A DNA stretch of 63,959 nt, the filler included, from Aduncisulcus paluster (taxonomy: Eukaryota), in assembly GCA_024181965.1 (NCBI GenBank). It is 5 parts of 5 records of this genome, joined end to end, with 100 filler letters (N's around TTAATTAATTAA, not from the genome) between each part and the next. Parts side by side here need not be neighbours in the genome. Positions count along the whole stretch, not along the records: positions 26,048 to 51,417 come from BQXS01012641.1; 4 more parts are not named here. One strand, given 5' to 3'. This document shows, in pieces, positions 36,349-48,400 of this stretch. The stretch's first letter is position 1, and each line of letters starts with the position of its first letter. The notes below the pieces were generated by a model, which ran no database searches, was not told where the DNA came from, and saw nothing but the letters and a program-made list of their open reading frames with translations. Both the position numbers and the translations under genes were made by a program.

Positions 36349-36552
36349 TTATATCTTTGATATCAAGCAACTTAATATTTTATATTTCATGAAAAACTTA
36401 ACTATCGAAAAATATTTTTCACCTTATTGTTTTTTTCCCCCACTATATTTTACAAAATTGATTTTCTTCCAAATTTGAAGACAATATGAATTTTCTTTTT
36501 AACACATTTATAATCCAAAATCTTGTTTTATCGGCTATGGGAATAATATCTC

Positions 36553-36650
36553 GTTACATCAAGGGCTTTCCGGAGGTCCCCTCTCACTCACAATGAGTAT
36601 CTAGGGTATCCCTCAAAGGAAGACCCCAGTTCATACCTGATGATGGTAAC
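36553..36650. ncRNA. Candidate structured non-coding element
   Basis: GC-richer island in an AT-rich spacer; ends pair (GTTACATCA / TGATGGTAAC) and enclose ACTCA-caa-TGAGT and AGGG-tat-CCCT hairpins. Confidence 0.3.
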
Positions 36651-36979
36651 AATAAAATGAGATGCCTCCCCTCATCACAATAAATCATCTCTTTTCTCTG
36701 GTATTATTATTTATAATTAGGGGCAAAACCATTTTTTAAATTGATATTTATGGCGAATTCCACTTATAAAATTCATGTATATTCATTAATTCACGAAATA
36801 CAAAAATACAGAAATCTCCTATGTTTTACAAGGAGTTACAGAAATCATTTAAAATTTAAGGATGCATTGTGCAAGGATAGTTCCTCTATTTTGATATAAA
36901 GTCAACTTTACAGGGTGACAGCTTTTTTTCTTTTTTTTTGGAGATTTGAAACCATTCAACTCATATTTATTTACAAAAT

Positions 36980-38441
36980 ATGAGCTCTAAATTTATTCAT
37001 CATGGCGGTAGCGGAGAAGTAAGTCCATATCAAAGACGAGTTGAATATTTTCCCCACCCAGCTTCTCCCATAGAATCTGATTCAATAGGTGACGAACCCA
37101 TGATTCTTTCAGGATCATATAAAACCCCTGATGTCTATAAAAAACTTTCGAAACCCAAAAAAGCAGGTTCCAAGTTTCAAAATCCTGAACTTGCCATTAC
37201 TCCCAAATCTCAGAAATTAAACGAGAAGGAAAGCTCCAATCCAATTATTCCAGCATCATCACGGTTATTAAAGCCAACAATATCCCGGCAAAAATATCGA
37301 GAAGCTGTTGAAACTTCCAAACACTGTAAAATTGAAGAATGCCGAGAAATTGTTTCTTCTCCACTTCGTCATACAAAAATGTCAGCTTTTCCTATGGGAA
37401 TTGGACTTGAAGAAGCCCAAGATATTGTTATTAATCACGTTATCAGTGGTGAGCATTCTCTCCGTCATGTGGACTCTGTTTTTTCCCCACATACCCCCAG
37501 ATCAGGTGAACCTCCTCAAAATGTCAAAGTTACTGCCCAAACTCCTGCCACACCATCTCGTTCTTCAAAACCCAAACCCGTTGATATTGATAAAGTTTCT
37601 TCAATTCACATTCCCCATACCATTTCCACAGCCGCTAAAGCTGTACATTTGAGATATGGCTCTGTTGAAACCATTGAAGAATTAATTGACATTGAAAGAA
37701 AGCGNNNNNNNNNNNNNNNNNNNNCATACCCCCAGATCAGGTGAACCTCCTCAAAATGTCAAAGTTACTGCCCAAACTCCTGCCACACCATCTCGTTCTT
37801 CAAAACCCAAACCCGTTGATATTGATAAAGTTTCTTCAATTCACATTCCCCATACCATTTCCACAGCCGCTAAAGCTGTACATTTGAGATATGGCTCTGT
37901 TGAAACCATTGAAGAATTAATTGACCTTGAAAGAAAGCGTGCTGATGCTGCCAAGCCAGTTTTTGACGATTCCGTCAAAAAACTCTATGCCCAATGGCTG
38001 AAGAACAAACAAAGCATCGTTGCCTCACCTCAACATCCCTTTCAACATATTCCAGGTTATAGTATTGGTTCATCTGAACGTCCTGGTTCCATGACCGATA
38101 GTGAGAGAGAATCCCTCGAGAAGGAACGCAAAAGACTAGAAAAAATGCTATCCAGTCAACAAAAGAGTAGACTTAAGAAACGGGAGTTGTATAAACCTAA
38201 AAGAACCCTCATTCAACATGAAACTTTCCAAGAATCTGGTGAACACGAGGGAGAAAGTTTTGTGGGATTCTCTTCTTCAACATTGCAACCTGGAGAAATA
38301 ATAGAGTTAAAAAAGAAGAGTTTTAGAAGGAAAATCCAAGAATTGCGCGATATGCGGCCGAAATCGGATGAGGAAAAAGAAAAGGTTAGCCACAAGAGAA
38401 GAAAGAAAATGGAAGTGAAAGAGATGTTTCCTTTCATGTAA
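36980..38441 (+). CDS. Hypothetical protein (~408 aa, split by a 235-nt gap duplication)
   Basis: Two ORFs share an identical overlap across the N20 gap; collapsed length of 1227 nt is in frame. Confidence 0.7.
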
Positions 38442-38903
38442 AATAGAATAATCGATTTTTAACGATTTGGATTGTATTATTAATTTCCGTTGAAGATTAT
38501 CATGCACCATTAGTGTGAGATAAGTACGACTTCAAGTCGAGTTGAAGTTCTTCTGCCAAGTTGAGGCTTATTTGGCTTTTCTAACAGAACATATGATCTC
38601 AAATTGTATTATTATTTGATATGAATAAATCAATTTTGAATTTCTCCCATTCCTTTGTTTTTCTTTGGGTTATGTACTTGGTTTTCAGAAAACGATTTAG
38701 AATGCCGGATTTGTCGAACTTAAGATAATTTGAAATAATTTATTAGCCAAATTTTTCAGTATATATAATGTAAATGGGGGGTTCTGCCATGAAACCCAAT
38801 AATATTTAGTATATAGTTGTACATGACCGCATTTTTATCACAATCATAATTGCTTTACATACGTTACACTGACCCTTTTTTGTTCACAATCATAATATTT
38901 TAA

Positions 38904-39608
38904 ATGTCTTCTGAAATTCGTCAAATTGATTTATTAACCAAGATTGACCAACTAAAATCAGAACTTCAAGAAGAGGAAAAAGATATTGATGTCCAGCAGG
39001 AGAAGTGTTTAAAAATCTCAGAAAAAAGGAGATCACTTTGTTTATCGCATGATCTTCTCCAATCTTATTATGATAACATCAGGTATCTCAAAAGTATTGC
39101 CCAAGTTTCTTCATGTGATCGAAAGCAAACATATCCAATATCCTCAAGAAGAATTCAATCTCTTTTACACGATTGTTGGGTTACAAAGGAAGATATCGAT
39201 TCTATTTCATATTCAAGGGACATGAAGTCTTTTGTTTCAAAATATCAAAATTCATTGCTTCACCACCATCATGATATCGTTAATTCAGTTAAAACAACAA
39301 AAAGCGAAAGAAAAAAGACTTTTGATGATCTCGATATGATATCTCAATCGGAATATGAGAGACAGTCTATGGCTATTGAAGATATGAGAGTTGTGGCTCT
39401 AAGATGTGTGAGAAAACAAGAAATAGACGCTAAAATAATTGCTGAATTGGATATAAAGATAGAGAAAGAAAAACACCTCTATGAGGAAGAGACCCAATCT
39501 CATCAGCGCTCTAAATCCTTAAAAACGAAGGAATATAAGTTAAAACATGATTTATCAAACATTATTCGGCAAATTGAACAGATAAAAAAAGAGTTATCAA
39601 GCAAATAA
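38904..39608 (+). CDS. Coiled-coil hypothetical protein
   Basis: 234-aa ATG-initiated ORF with heptad-like E/K/Q/L-rich ends. Confidence 0.7.
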   Translation: MSSEIRQIDLLTKIDQLKSELQEEEKDIDVQQEKCLKISEKRRSLCLSHDLLQSYYDNIRYLKSIAQVSSCDRKQTYPISSRRIQSLLHDCWVTKEDIDSISYSRDMKSFVSKYQNSLLHHHHDIVNSVKTTKSERKKTFDDLDMISQSEYERQSMAIEDMRVVALRCVRKQEIDAKIIAELDIKIEKEKHLYEEETQSHQRSKSLKTKEYKLKHDLSNIIRQIEQIKKELSSK

Positions 39609-39655
39609 ACAACGAAAACAACACACTTCAAAAGATAATTTTATTGGGTCAAAGT

Positions 39656-40576
39656 CTAGTGTCTTCCGCCTCTTCCTCTTCCTCTTCCTCTTCCTCTTCC
39701 TCTTCCCCTCTTTCTTGCCTTTTTCCTCTCAGCCGAAGCCTCAAATATCTGAGTCCAATATTCCTTTTCTTCTTCACCATCGAGCACACGAGTGGAAACC
39801 TTCTCACCGCCAATCTCCTTCTCATCGAGAGCCTTTGCGGCCTCTTCAGCGGCATTTGGGGTCTCATCCGTGAAACGCACATCAGCTCTGACTCCTCCAC
39901 GACTGTAGGCAACGAAAGCAACAGTTCCGAAAGGAGAGGTCAATTCCTTAATATCTTCACGAGAGACATCCTCAGTTCCTGGAAGTCCTTCAATAACAAG
40001 AATAAGACCAGAAACATATGATTTTTCCTCCTTCTCTCTGTCTTGTTTCTCACTCTTCTTACGCTTGATCCACTCGGATTTCAATTCAAGAGTGGCCTCC
40101 ACTTCATCTTTATCATCAAAAACAAATTCTTTCTTCTCAGCAAGAGCAATAGCATCCTCTTTTTTTGTAAAAAAGATAAAACACTTCACACCTTCTTTCA
40201 TTTTAGAAAAACGAACTGAAGCAATACCTTCAGGACCAAATTTCTCCTTGATATAATCAACACATGCACATTCTGGAACAGGTTTGACAATAACACAGTG
40301 GGTATTGGCATCAAAATCAGGAGGAACGGGTTCTTTTCTACGGATCTTGGTTTTATCCTCATTCAAGACGACAATAGAGGATTCAACAAGAGCTGAAGCC
40401 AAATCTTCTTCAGAAAGACCAATTTCTTTCATCTTATTGAAAGTATTGATGAAACTGAGAGCAACCCATCCTTCATCTTCAGAAGCTGCCTTTATCAAAC
40501 AAGCATCGGTTGGATAATTAAAATTACCGAAATAATATTCAACCTGAGTCAAAGCTTTTTCTGCTGGAGAACTCAT
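39656..40576 (-). CDS. SSB: La autoantigen-like RNA-binding protein (La motif + 2 RRMs + RG tail)
   Basis: QVEYYFGNFNYPTD..L, GWVALSFINTFNKMK, KIRR (La motif); RRM1; RRM2 SREDIKE...FGTVAFVAYSRG...VRF, GEEEKEYW; 5' part duplicated at 40637-40852 across a gap; LARP7 not excluded. Confidence 0.88.
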   Translation of the reverse strand: MSSPAEKALTQVEYYFGNFNYPTDACLIKAASEDEGWVALSFINTFNKMKEIGLSEEDLASALVESSIVVLNEDKTKIRRKEPVPPDFDANTHCVIVKPVPECACVDYIKEKFGPEGIASVRFSKMKEGVKCFIFFTKKEDAIALAEKKEFVFDDKDEVEATLELKSEWIKRKKSEKQDREKEEKSYVSGLILVIEGLPGTEDVSREDIKELTSPFGTVAFVAYSRGGVRADVRFTDETPNAAEEAAKALDEKEIGGEKVSTRVLDGEEEKEYWTQIFEASAERKKARKRGRGRGRGRGRGRGGRH

Positions 40577-41177
40577 TTGCTGCCAAAACATAATGGCGAA
40601 AACTATTCAACTGAGANNNNNNNNNNNNNNNNNNNNAAATCTTCTTCAGAAAGACCAATTTCTTTCATCTTATTGAAAGTATTGATGAAACTGAGAGCAA
40701 CCCATCCTTCATCTTCAGAAGCTGCCTTTATCAAACAAGCATCGGTTGGATAATTAAAATTACCGAAATAATATTCAACCTGAGTCAAAGCTTTTTCTGC
40801 TGGAGAACTCATTTGCTGCCAAAACATAATGGCGAAAACTATTCAACTGAGATCGAAATATACCTAAGATTGGAGATCAAAAATTTACAGAAATGTTGTT
40901 TATTTCCTTAGACAATCCAAAAAAAAGAAGAAATCCCTCTTATATCAGGGTACAGACATATTGCTTGAAAAAACTCGTTGTAAGAATGCCAAGGCAACAT
41001 ATTACAAGTGGATAAACACAAGGGGCTTCATAAAACCAAATGTTCTATAATAAGATAAAAAATCCCGAGGAAAATTGGAAGAGTAATTTAGATAATTATA
41101 TAAAATGAATATTGAAATACTATACGAGAAAAAAAGGAGAAAGAGAGTAATTAAAATAGTATTACTTATAAAAAAAC

Positions 41178-42122
41178 TTAAGACCCAAGAAGGGGAAGTA
41201 TTTCAGAATTGAAAAATTCTTTCCCTCCGCAAGCTTCTTGTAAATAACAAGAGTGTTCTAAGCCAGAGTCCACGAATGCAAGCCTTCCAGAATCGTTCAA
41301 CTCTCCAAGCCCAAGAGATTCCCAAACATCTCTCTCATCGGCATTCTCAATCACAGTGTTTGTTCCATCTTTGTAAAAACCGAACCATGCACTCTGCCAT
41401 GGCGCAATAACAGAATCGCTTTGGCTTCCAATAAGTTTCATAAAGTTGAGGGTAAGCATATTTTGTTTGTTAAGTACGGCATCAGGATGAGATATCTCAT
41501 TGTTTAAATATGTGATAAACGAACTGAGCTCCAAATGCACATCTGTGTGGAAAGGATCCTTCCAATAACCACAAGGATTAACGATGTTCTGGATGGATTT
41601 GGGATAAGCAACGGAACCAACAAGCTTGACAACATCATTCGTTTCAACTCCGGCAAAGTTGAGAATACCATCATCACCAAAGAAACCAGCAGCAGGAGCC
41701 GATAAAGAAATGTAATTGTGAACAACTGGGAAAGAGGTGAGATCAGCATTCGGAAGCTTTTCCTGCATGATTGAACTGTTACGAAAAGCAATATAACCAC
41801 GGCAAAACAAATTTCCCTGAGAGTGACAAATTAAGTCAAAACTTCCATAATTGGTGATATATTCATCAGATCCAACGACCTCAATGAAATCGGTTAACCA
41901 CTCCCACATATTCCCAAATATCGAGTCGAACCATCCATCTCCAATTTCAGCATTCAAAACATAAGCCTCTGGAATGGATTCATTGATCCATGATTGCATT
42001 TCATCCATGTGGCTGGCATTAGCATTAATTCCGTGAAGAAGTACAATTGGGTGCGGAGCAGAATATACAACCCAAATAAAATTAAAAATAAATAATAGTG
42101 AAAAAATTTGAGGCAATGACAT
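41178..42122 (-). CDS. PPT1: Palmitoyl-protein thioesterase (lysosomal PPT1/PPT2 family)
   Basis: Signal peptide; PIVLLHG, ICHSQG (nucleophile Ser), YWKDP, DSVIAPWQSAWFGFY (Asp), GLEH (His). Confidence 0.9.
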   Translation of the reverse strand: MSLPQIFSLLFIFNFIWVVYSAPHPIVLLHGINANASHMDEMQSWINESIPEAYVLNAEIGDGWFDSIFGNMWEWLTDFIEVVGSDEYITNYGSFDLICHSQGNLFCRGYIAFRNSSIMQEKLPNADLTSFPVVHNYISLSAPAAGFFGDDGILNFAGVETNDVVKLVGSVAYPKSIQNIVNPCGYWKDPFHTDVHLELSSFITYLNNEISHPDAVLNKQNMLTLNFMKLIGSQSDSVIAPWQSAWFGFYKDGTNTVIENADERDVWESLGLGELNDSGRLAFVDSGLEHSCYLQEACGGKEFFNSEILPLLGS

Positions 42123-42473
42123 TTTAAGATGTGGTGTTTTCTGTCAAAGCAAGACTTTTTCCGAAATTGTCTGCCATTTGAAGGATCTCAATGTTTACTG
42201 AATATCATTGGTATATATTTGATGATGATTGTATTAGAAATTTATTATTCAAGACAGTTTAAGAAATCTCTCGGTAATTCAGTAAAAAACACAAATGGAA
42301 GCTGGAGCCAGAAATAATAGATATTGATTAATTTCAAAATTTAATAGTCCAATTATTCTATATATTTTATCGAATTCAATGATGAAAATAAAAATTAGAA
42401 TAATCCTTCGATCTGAAAAACAAAAATGTCCATCTCGTCAGAAACTAATTTCATACAAAATTAATAATATGCC

Positions 42474-45400
42474 ATGGTGAAACAAAAAGATCTTTTTACT
42501 CTGTTATCAAGACGATATTCACCTGTTATTGCTGTTTTGACCTCTCCAATGGTACATTCCGTCCAAAATGTAACTGGATTCACTTTTGAGCAATTATTAC
42601 ACATATTTTCGCATTCCATGGAAATTAATCAGACCATTGTTTACCCATTTGAAGACAATCCGTCCTTTTTTGTAAAGAATAAGTATTTGCGATTTGTTCC
42701 CATGGCTCCTGTACATGTAAACTTTCCTCAACCAACTTTACATGAAGCAACGGACAAAGATAAGCGGGAAAAACATGATTTGTCCCCTCAAAAAGGAATA
42801 TCAAGCATCTCAGCCTGTGTCAAGATACATTGTAAGAGATATAAGAATCTTGTCACTGATTCCCATAAAACTATCCCAACCAATGCAAAAGAAGCCAAAG
42901 AATTCATGGCTTCGATTCCAAGTTCTTCTCGCCAGATCATGACTAATCCTTGGGCTGATGATGTGTTTGGTGCTTTATTTTCATTATATAGTCATTCCAC
43001 GACCCATTCCGGGAGTGATAAAACCTTTCAAAATATTCCAAATACAGTTTTGAGCACTATTGATGCTCCTGCTGCAGTTCTCTGTGCCACCACGACGAAG
43101 GACAAATATGCTGCGAAAACCTTCTCACTACTATATAATCCAAACAATCCTCCTGTATTTCTCCAGCAATCGGCATCTCTTTGTGCCTCTAGAATTAACG
43201 TTATCATTCATTTTGAAAGTTGGGGACCATTTCCTGCTCAGTTTGTCAGAACCATTGAGAAAGAAGTTGGATCTGTTCTTTCATTTATAATTCCTGATAT
43301 TTCTTGCAAAATACATCATGATGAGACCTCCAGCACTCCCCCTCCACCCTCCACCCCCATATCCACCTCCTCTGGCTTATCTGATGATTACCAGCACAGA
43401 CCAATGGCTATCAGTAGCCCAAAGACTCCTCAAAGTTCCCCCTCTGTGATGTCTCCAACCCTACCCTCTCCACCTGTGTCCTCCTCCTCAATCCCCCTTT
43501 CTCCTTCATCCTCAGTGACATCAAGTGCCATCCTCTCTGCTCTTCTAGCATCTATTCCACTCACACCTGTGCTCCCTCCCCTTGTTATATCCCCAATACA
43601 AGCAAACACTCTTTCCTCCTCCTCTTCATCCCCTTCTGTGCACCGTGTAGGCCCAGTGTCTCCTGCGTCTCTCATCCCCTCTTCGCTTGCCTTATCTCTA
43701 CACCATCTTATAACACACGTTGGGAGGGAGACCATGAAGAACATTCAGAATAGGATGGTTCTTGCACAAAAACGAATCGATGGCAAAGAAAAAGGTATTG
43801 GATCCAAGTTTAAAAGACTTTTCAAGTCAAAAGAGGCAGATATTTTAGAGTATATCTGTGGACGTGGTGGGAGTAGATATTCTTCTCAGAATGATTCTCA
43901 GAAACCCCATAGACGACTTCCAATTCCTAAGTTTTGTTCTCCCTTTCCTTCTGCCTCTAATTTATCATCTCCTCTTCCCCCATCATCCAGTGCATCGTCT
44001 TCCCTCCCGATTCTGAATGTTCATACAGTCATTGGTGCTAATCGTGCTCTCTGCGATTCTCTATTGATGATTGGAGACTACAAGAGAGCACTCACACAAT
44101 ATATCCTGTTCAAGGCAGAGAGCAGCAAGGCCACCCCAATCATGTCCGCTTTGTTGGAGCAAGAGCTGTCTGTGAGTGCTATTCTCATGTGTCTTGGAGG
44201 AACCTGTGGAGATCGTGACATTGCTGCATCCCAGTCTCCTGCGACAATTTCCCATGGATTGCACGGACAGGGGAATCATTACTCACCTCCGCCTGTCAGT
44301 AGTAGCGATATCGTTGCTCGAATGGCTTCTATAGGCGGGGTGCACACTCCCATGGGTCCAGGATCCCCTAAATACGAGTCAAAGAGTCCGAATCCGGTTG
44401 GAACAGGTTCAACTCTCGGTGTTTCCACAGCTATCGGCCAGAGAATAACATCTCCGCTCGCAAAGGAAGCCCTGCATCCCCCCCCTAGTTCTAGTTCCCC
44501 CTCAGCCATCAGTATGACATCATCAGCTTCAACCTCGTCCTCGAAATGTCACTCCCCTGCCAATCCAATGCCTGCCCTTTTCCCCCCTCCACCGTTGTCA
44601 CATCCTCTTCTATCCTGTCCATCACACCATTGTCTCTCCTTCATCCTCTCCCTTGTCACACACACCTTGTCCACAGTGCCTATGCTTCTACTTACTCATC
44701 TAAGAGATCTTGAGAAAGTTGGCGATTCATTTAAACGGCAAATATTCAATTCTTACCTTCCTCTTGCCTGTATGTCAGTCATATTAGTTAGGTCTGTTCT
44801 GGATGAATGCAATGATCGTGTGGTAAGGAGTGTTGGTTTCTTGTTGGAAGGCACTCCAAATATGCTGGGTAATGTGTTCTCTTGCTTAGCCAATGACAAT
44901 TTCTTGAGCAATGATGAAAGGTCTGAGAATCACAGAAAATTAAAGGAGAAATTATCTAAACTCCGCTCTAAATCTTCTAATCCTAAAGTCCTTGCTGCTT
45001 TGTCGCCATCTCTCCACTCATCTCTCCCGTCTCTTCTCCTCCCATACCAATATCAGTTGCTTAGACAGATATCTATGACTCTGGGAGTCGTCGGTGCGGT
45101 TGCCCGTGAGGAATGTGCCTGGTTGTGCGTCGAGATGAGTGGTTGGAATATATGGAAGAAGACAATGCAAGTGTTCAACAAGGGGCTAAGTGGATATTCA
45201 GGTTCTTCTGCGATTGTTAGGGTGTCATCATCCCTCTCTTCCTTGAAAATATCTGGAAAACAGGCCTTGTGTGATATATTCTCTCCTTCTCTATTCGGTT
45301 CCTTGCCCTCATCGCTCCAACAATCACTGTTGTCTCTTCCTAGGATCGTGGGTGATCAAAGTGAAGTTATCTCGAGCAATGTTCATACATTAACTTCTTC

Positions 45401-48400
45401 GATACAATCCACACTTCAGAACTATGAGGTCTCGACCCTCTCTCAATTCTCTTTGATTCCTTACTCCGTCAAATCCCTACCTCCATTCATGTCTACCCAT
45501 TTCACCCAATATTTCCCTGCTGTCTCCTCGCCTTGGAGACACTTCTCTCTGCATCTTATGTGGTCGTCTTTCTTGTACCATTCTCACGGTCTCTTCGACA
45601 ATGCCACACGTGCTACATTGTTCGGTCTAATGGTTGTGACACGATCCTCATCCATTCAAAGCTCAGAAGAAGGACAACACTGTTTACCTTCTGGATTCAG
45701 TCATGACTTGACATCATCTTCCTCTATGTCTGTCCCCGCAGGATCTACAATATGGAGAGAAAGGGAAAGGCAGTTCTTGGAGCATCTGAGAATGGATATC
45801 AGGGATATCATGACGAAAAAAACATCTGAAAGTGGCACTTTCTCACCTTCTACGTTACTTTCTCAGCGATCCCCAAATATATCAACATCTCTAGCTATTC
45901 TTGAGAGACTGGTGGTTTTGTCTGATGATCCACGAAGTCAGAATGGATATCTTGAGCTTCACAATGAAATGACTGGTAAAATGATAACCTCTTCCTCATT
46001 TTCTTCGAGCAAGGCTGAAACCAAACAAGATGAAGAGACTTCACAGTTAAGTCCCCCTGTTGCACGTCCCATTTCTCTGTTCCCAGCATTAGTGCCATCT
46101 TCTCTGACTCTCTCTTCCTCCATTCCTTTCTCCAAGACATCATTTGGGTCCTCTCTGTCTGTCTGCAATGGAGTCGTTGTCAGTCCCTTGGGTGAGACAG
46201 GAGACGAATGGGATGTGATCACAAACACTGAGCGCGCACAGTATGATCGAGACAGAGAACGCTGGAAAAGACAAGAAAGGGAGCGCTCCAGGATTGAACG
46301 ATCTCGTAGTTTTGGCGGTGGAACCTTACCATCTGATTTCTCACCCTCTCTCTCTCCCTCTTCCTCCGTTTCTTCCATTGAAACGGCCTTCTCCCAACCG
46401 AGGGCTTTATCAGTCTCATTGACAGAAATGGACCTTCTCAACCTCTCAAAAGAAGCTGGAATCACGGAAAGGATGAAGAGAAAAGCAAAAGAAAGGGAAC
46501 AATGGAATGAAAAAGGTAAATTATGGCTGCAAAAGGAAGAAGAGAAGAAGAGAAAGCGAGAGGAACTCTATGGTCCCGATAGCGACGAATTTGTCGAATC
46601 TATGCTTGGAGGTCAGAGGAACCCAGTAATGTTCTCGATGCCCCTGACCAGTGTCTCAGATTCGTCTGAAGATGACTCAATGTGGTGTTGCCAAGGAGAA
46701 TCCATTCTTATCCGTGTCAGTATCACAAACCCATTGGTGTGTCCTCTTTTCCTGTCCGATGTGTCTGTCTGTGGCTCAATCTTCGATGGAGAAGGGGAGA
46801 TGATTGTTGCAGAGTTGGATGCTCTTGTAAAAGCTGATAAACAGCGAGAGAAACTGAAGAAAGGGAAGACTTGGAAAGACAGGATGGAAGACTTCCGGAA
46901 AACAGTTAACAAATTGAGTGCCGGATACAAGGAAAGACTAGAAGAAGAGAAGAAGAGAGAAGAAGAGAGGAAGAGAAGAAGAGATGTGATGAGATTAAGG
47001 AGAGAAGAGAAGAAGAATAGAAAGAAGTCGAGGAAAATTAGGGAAGAAACCGAGGGCGAAGATCTTCTACTCTTAAGAGAAAAGAAGAGGGAAGAAGAAA
47101 GAAAGACATTCCATGACATTTATTCTTTATTATCCCAACCAGTGATTGAACAATCAAAGGTTCTTGATCTCTTAGCTCAAAGCAATTCTCCGGATGCCCT
47201 TAAAGCCGTCTCATCATCTAACCTTTCTTTCAGACTTCCACCGAGATCACGCGCCTCTCTAACTTTCAAATTGAGTCCTTCGAGAGCTGGATGTCTTGTT
47301 CTCCTTGGTATTAGGGGAAATATCGCTGCCAAAGAGAAAGACACTTCTTCATCGCCATTCTTCCTCCCATTCCTGTCATCCATAGCTCTTGCACTTTCTT
47401 CTCAATCCTCCTCTTCTCTCCCAACTATTCGAGGTCCGCTTACCATGTGTAGTGTGACAATGAATGAGGAAGGTGAATCATGTGAAATTGAAGCCCAGAA
47501 CGCTATATCAAACAACAAAGCCTACAAGCTATTTATTCCCATCATTGAAGCTGCTCCTTCATTGGAAATGACTGCTCGAATGGGTTCTCGTAAGGATGAT
47601 GTTCATGGATCCTTGGATGCTAAACGTTCGCAATACCCCTCAAATATCTCGTATCCCTCTCAATCCCTCTTACCCATCACACTCACAATCCACAATAAGG
47701 GAAAGAAACGTGCCTGTGGAATCCGACTCCTTGTTAGCGAGCGAGAACGTGTTACCCTGAGCGGTGGACACTCTTCCAGACTCTCCCTTGCATCCATTGA
47801 ATCCGTAGATGAAATTGGATGGAAGATGGAGGACTGGGGAAGACGCAAGGAGAAACAATGGAGAGCAGAACGAAACAAAAGAAAGACAACCCAAGATATC
47901 ACAACAAAAGCCTCAAAGAGATTATGTTTGAATATTGATGAGTTTGTCGAAGAAGAGTTAAAGAATTGCCGAGATACCCATCATGGATGTATCTCCTCTC
48001 TCAGTGCTCTTGCAAACACCTCTGTATCTGCCATTTCCTTCTCTTCCTCCTCCATTGCTACTTTATCGACTCTTCCAATCCCCTTACCCTCTCTTCCTCC
48101 CCAAAGCACCATATCTGTTACACTTATCGTCCATTGTGCATGCGTTGGAGAATGGAACATTCATTTTGCCTGCGGATATGATGGTGAAGATCATTGGATT
48201 GACGTGTCAAATCTTGAGGAAGAAGAGGCTGAAGAGGAAGCTGAAGAGGGAGAGGAAGCTGAAGAGGAAGAAAGAGAAGATAATGACCATATACCTGATT
48301 CAGACAGTTCTTCCAATGGAATTCCCAGCGAAATCAAAGCCATGGATCCATCTCTTCTTCCCACACCTCCTCCTCTCCCTCCTCGACCCCATTCGTCTCT

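Noticed and set aside
36580..36630. TPP riboswitch-like GGGG..UGAG..AUACCC on the minus strand
   Set aside because: The pyrophosphate-sensing half (CCUGAU...AUAAU...GCGUAGG) is missing
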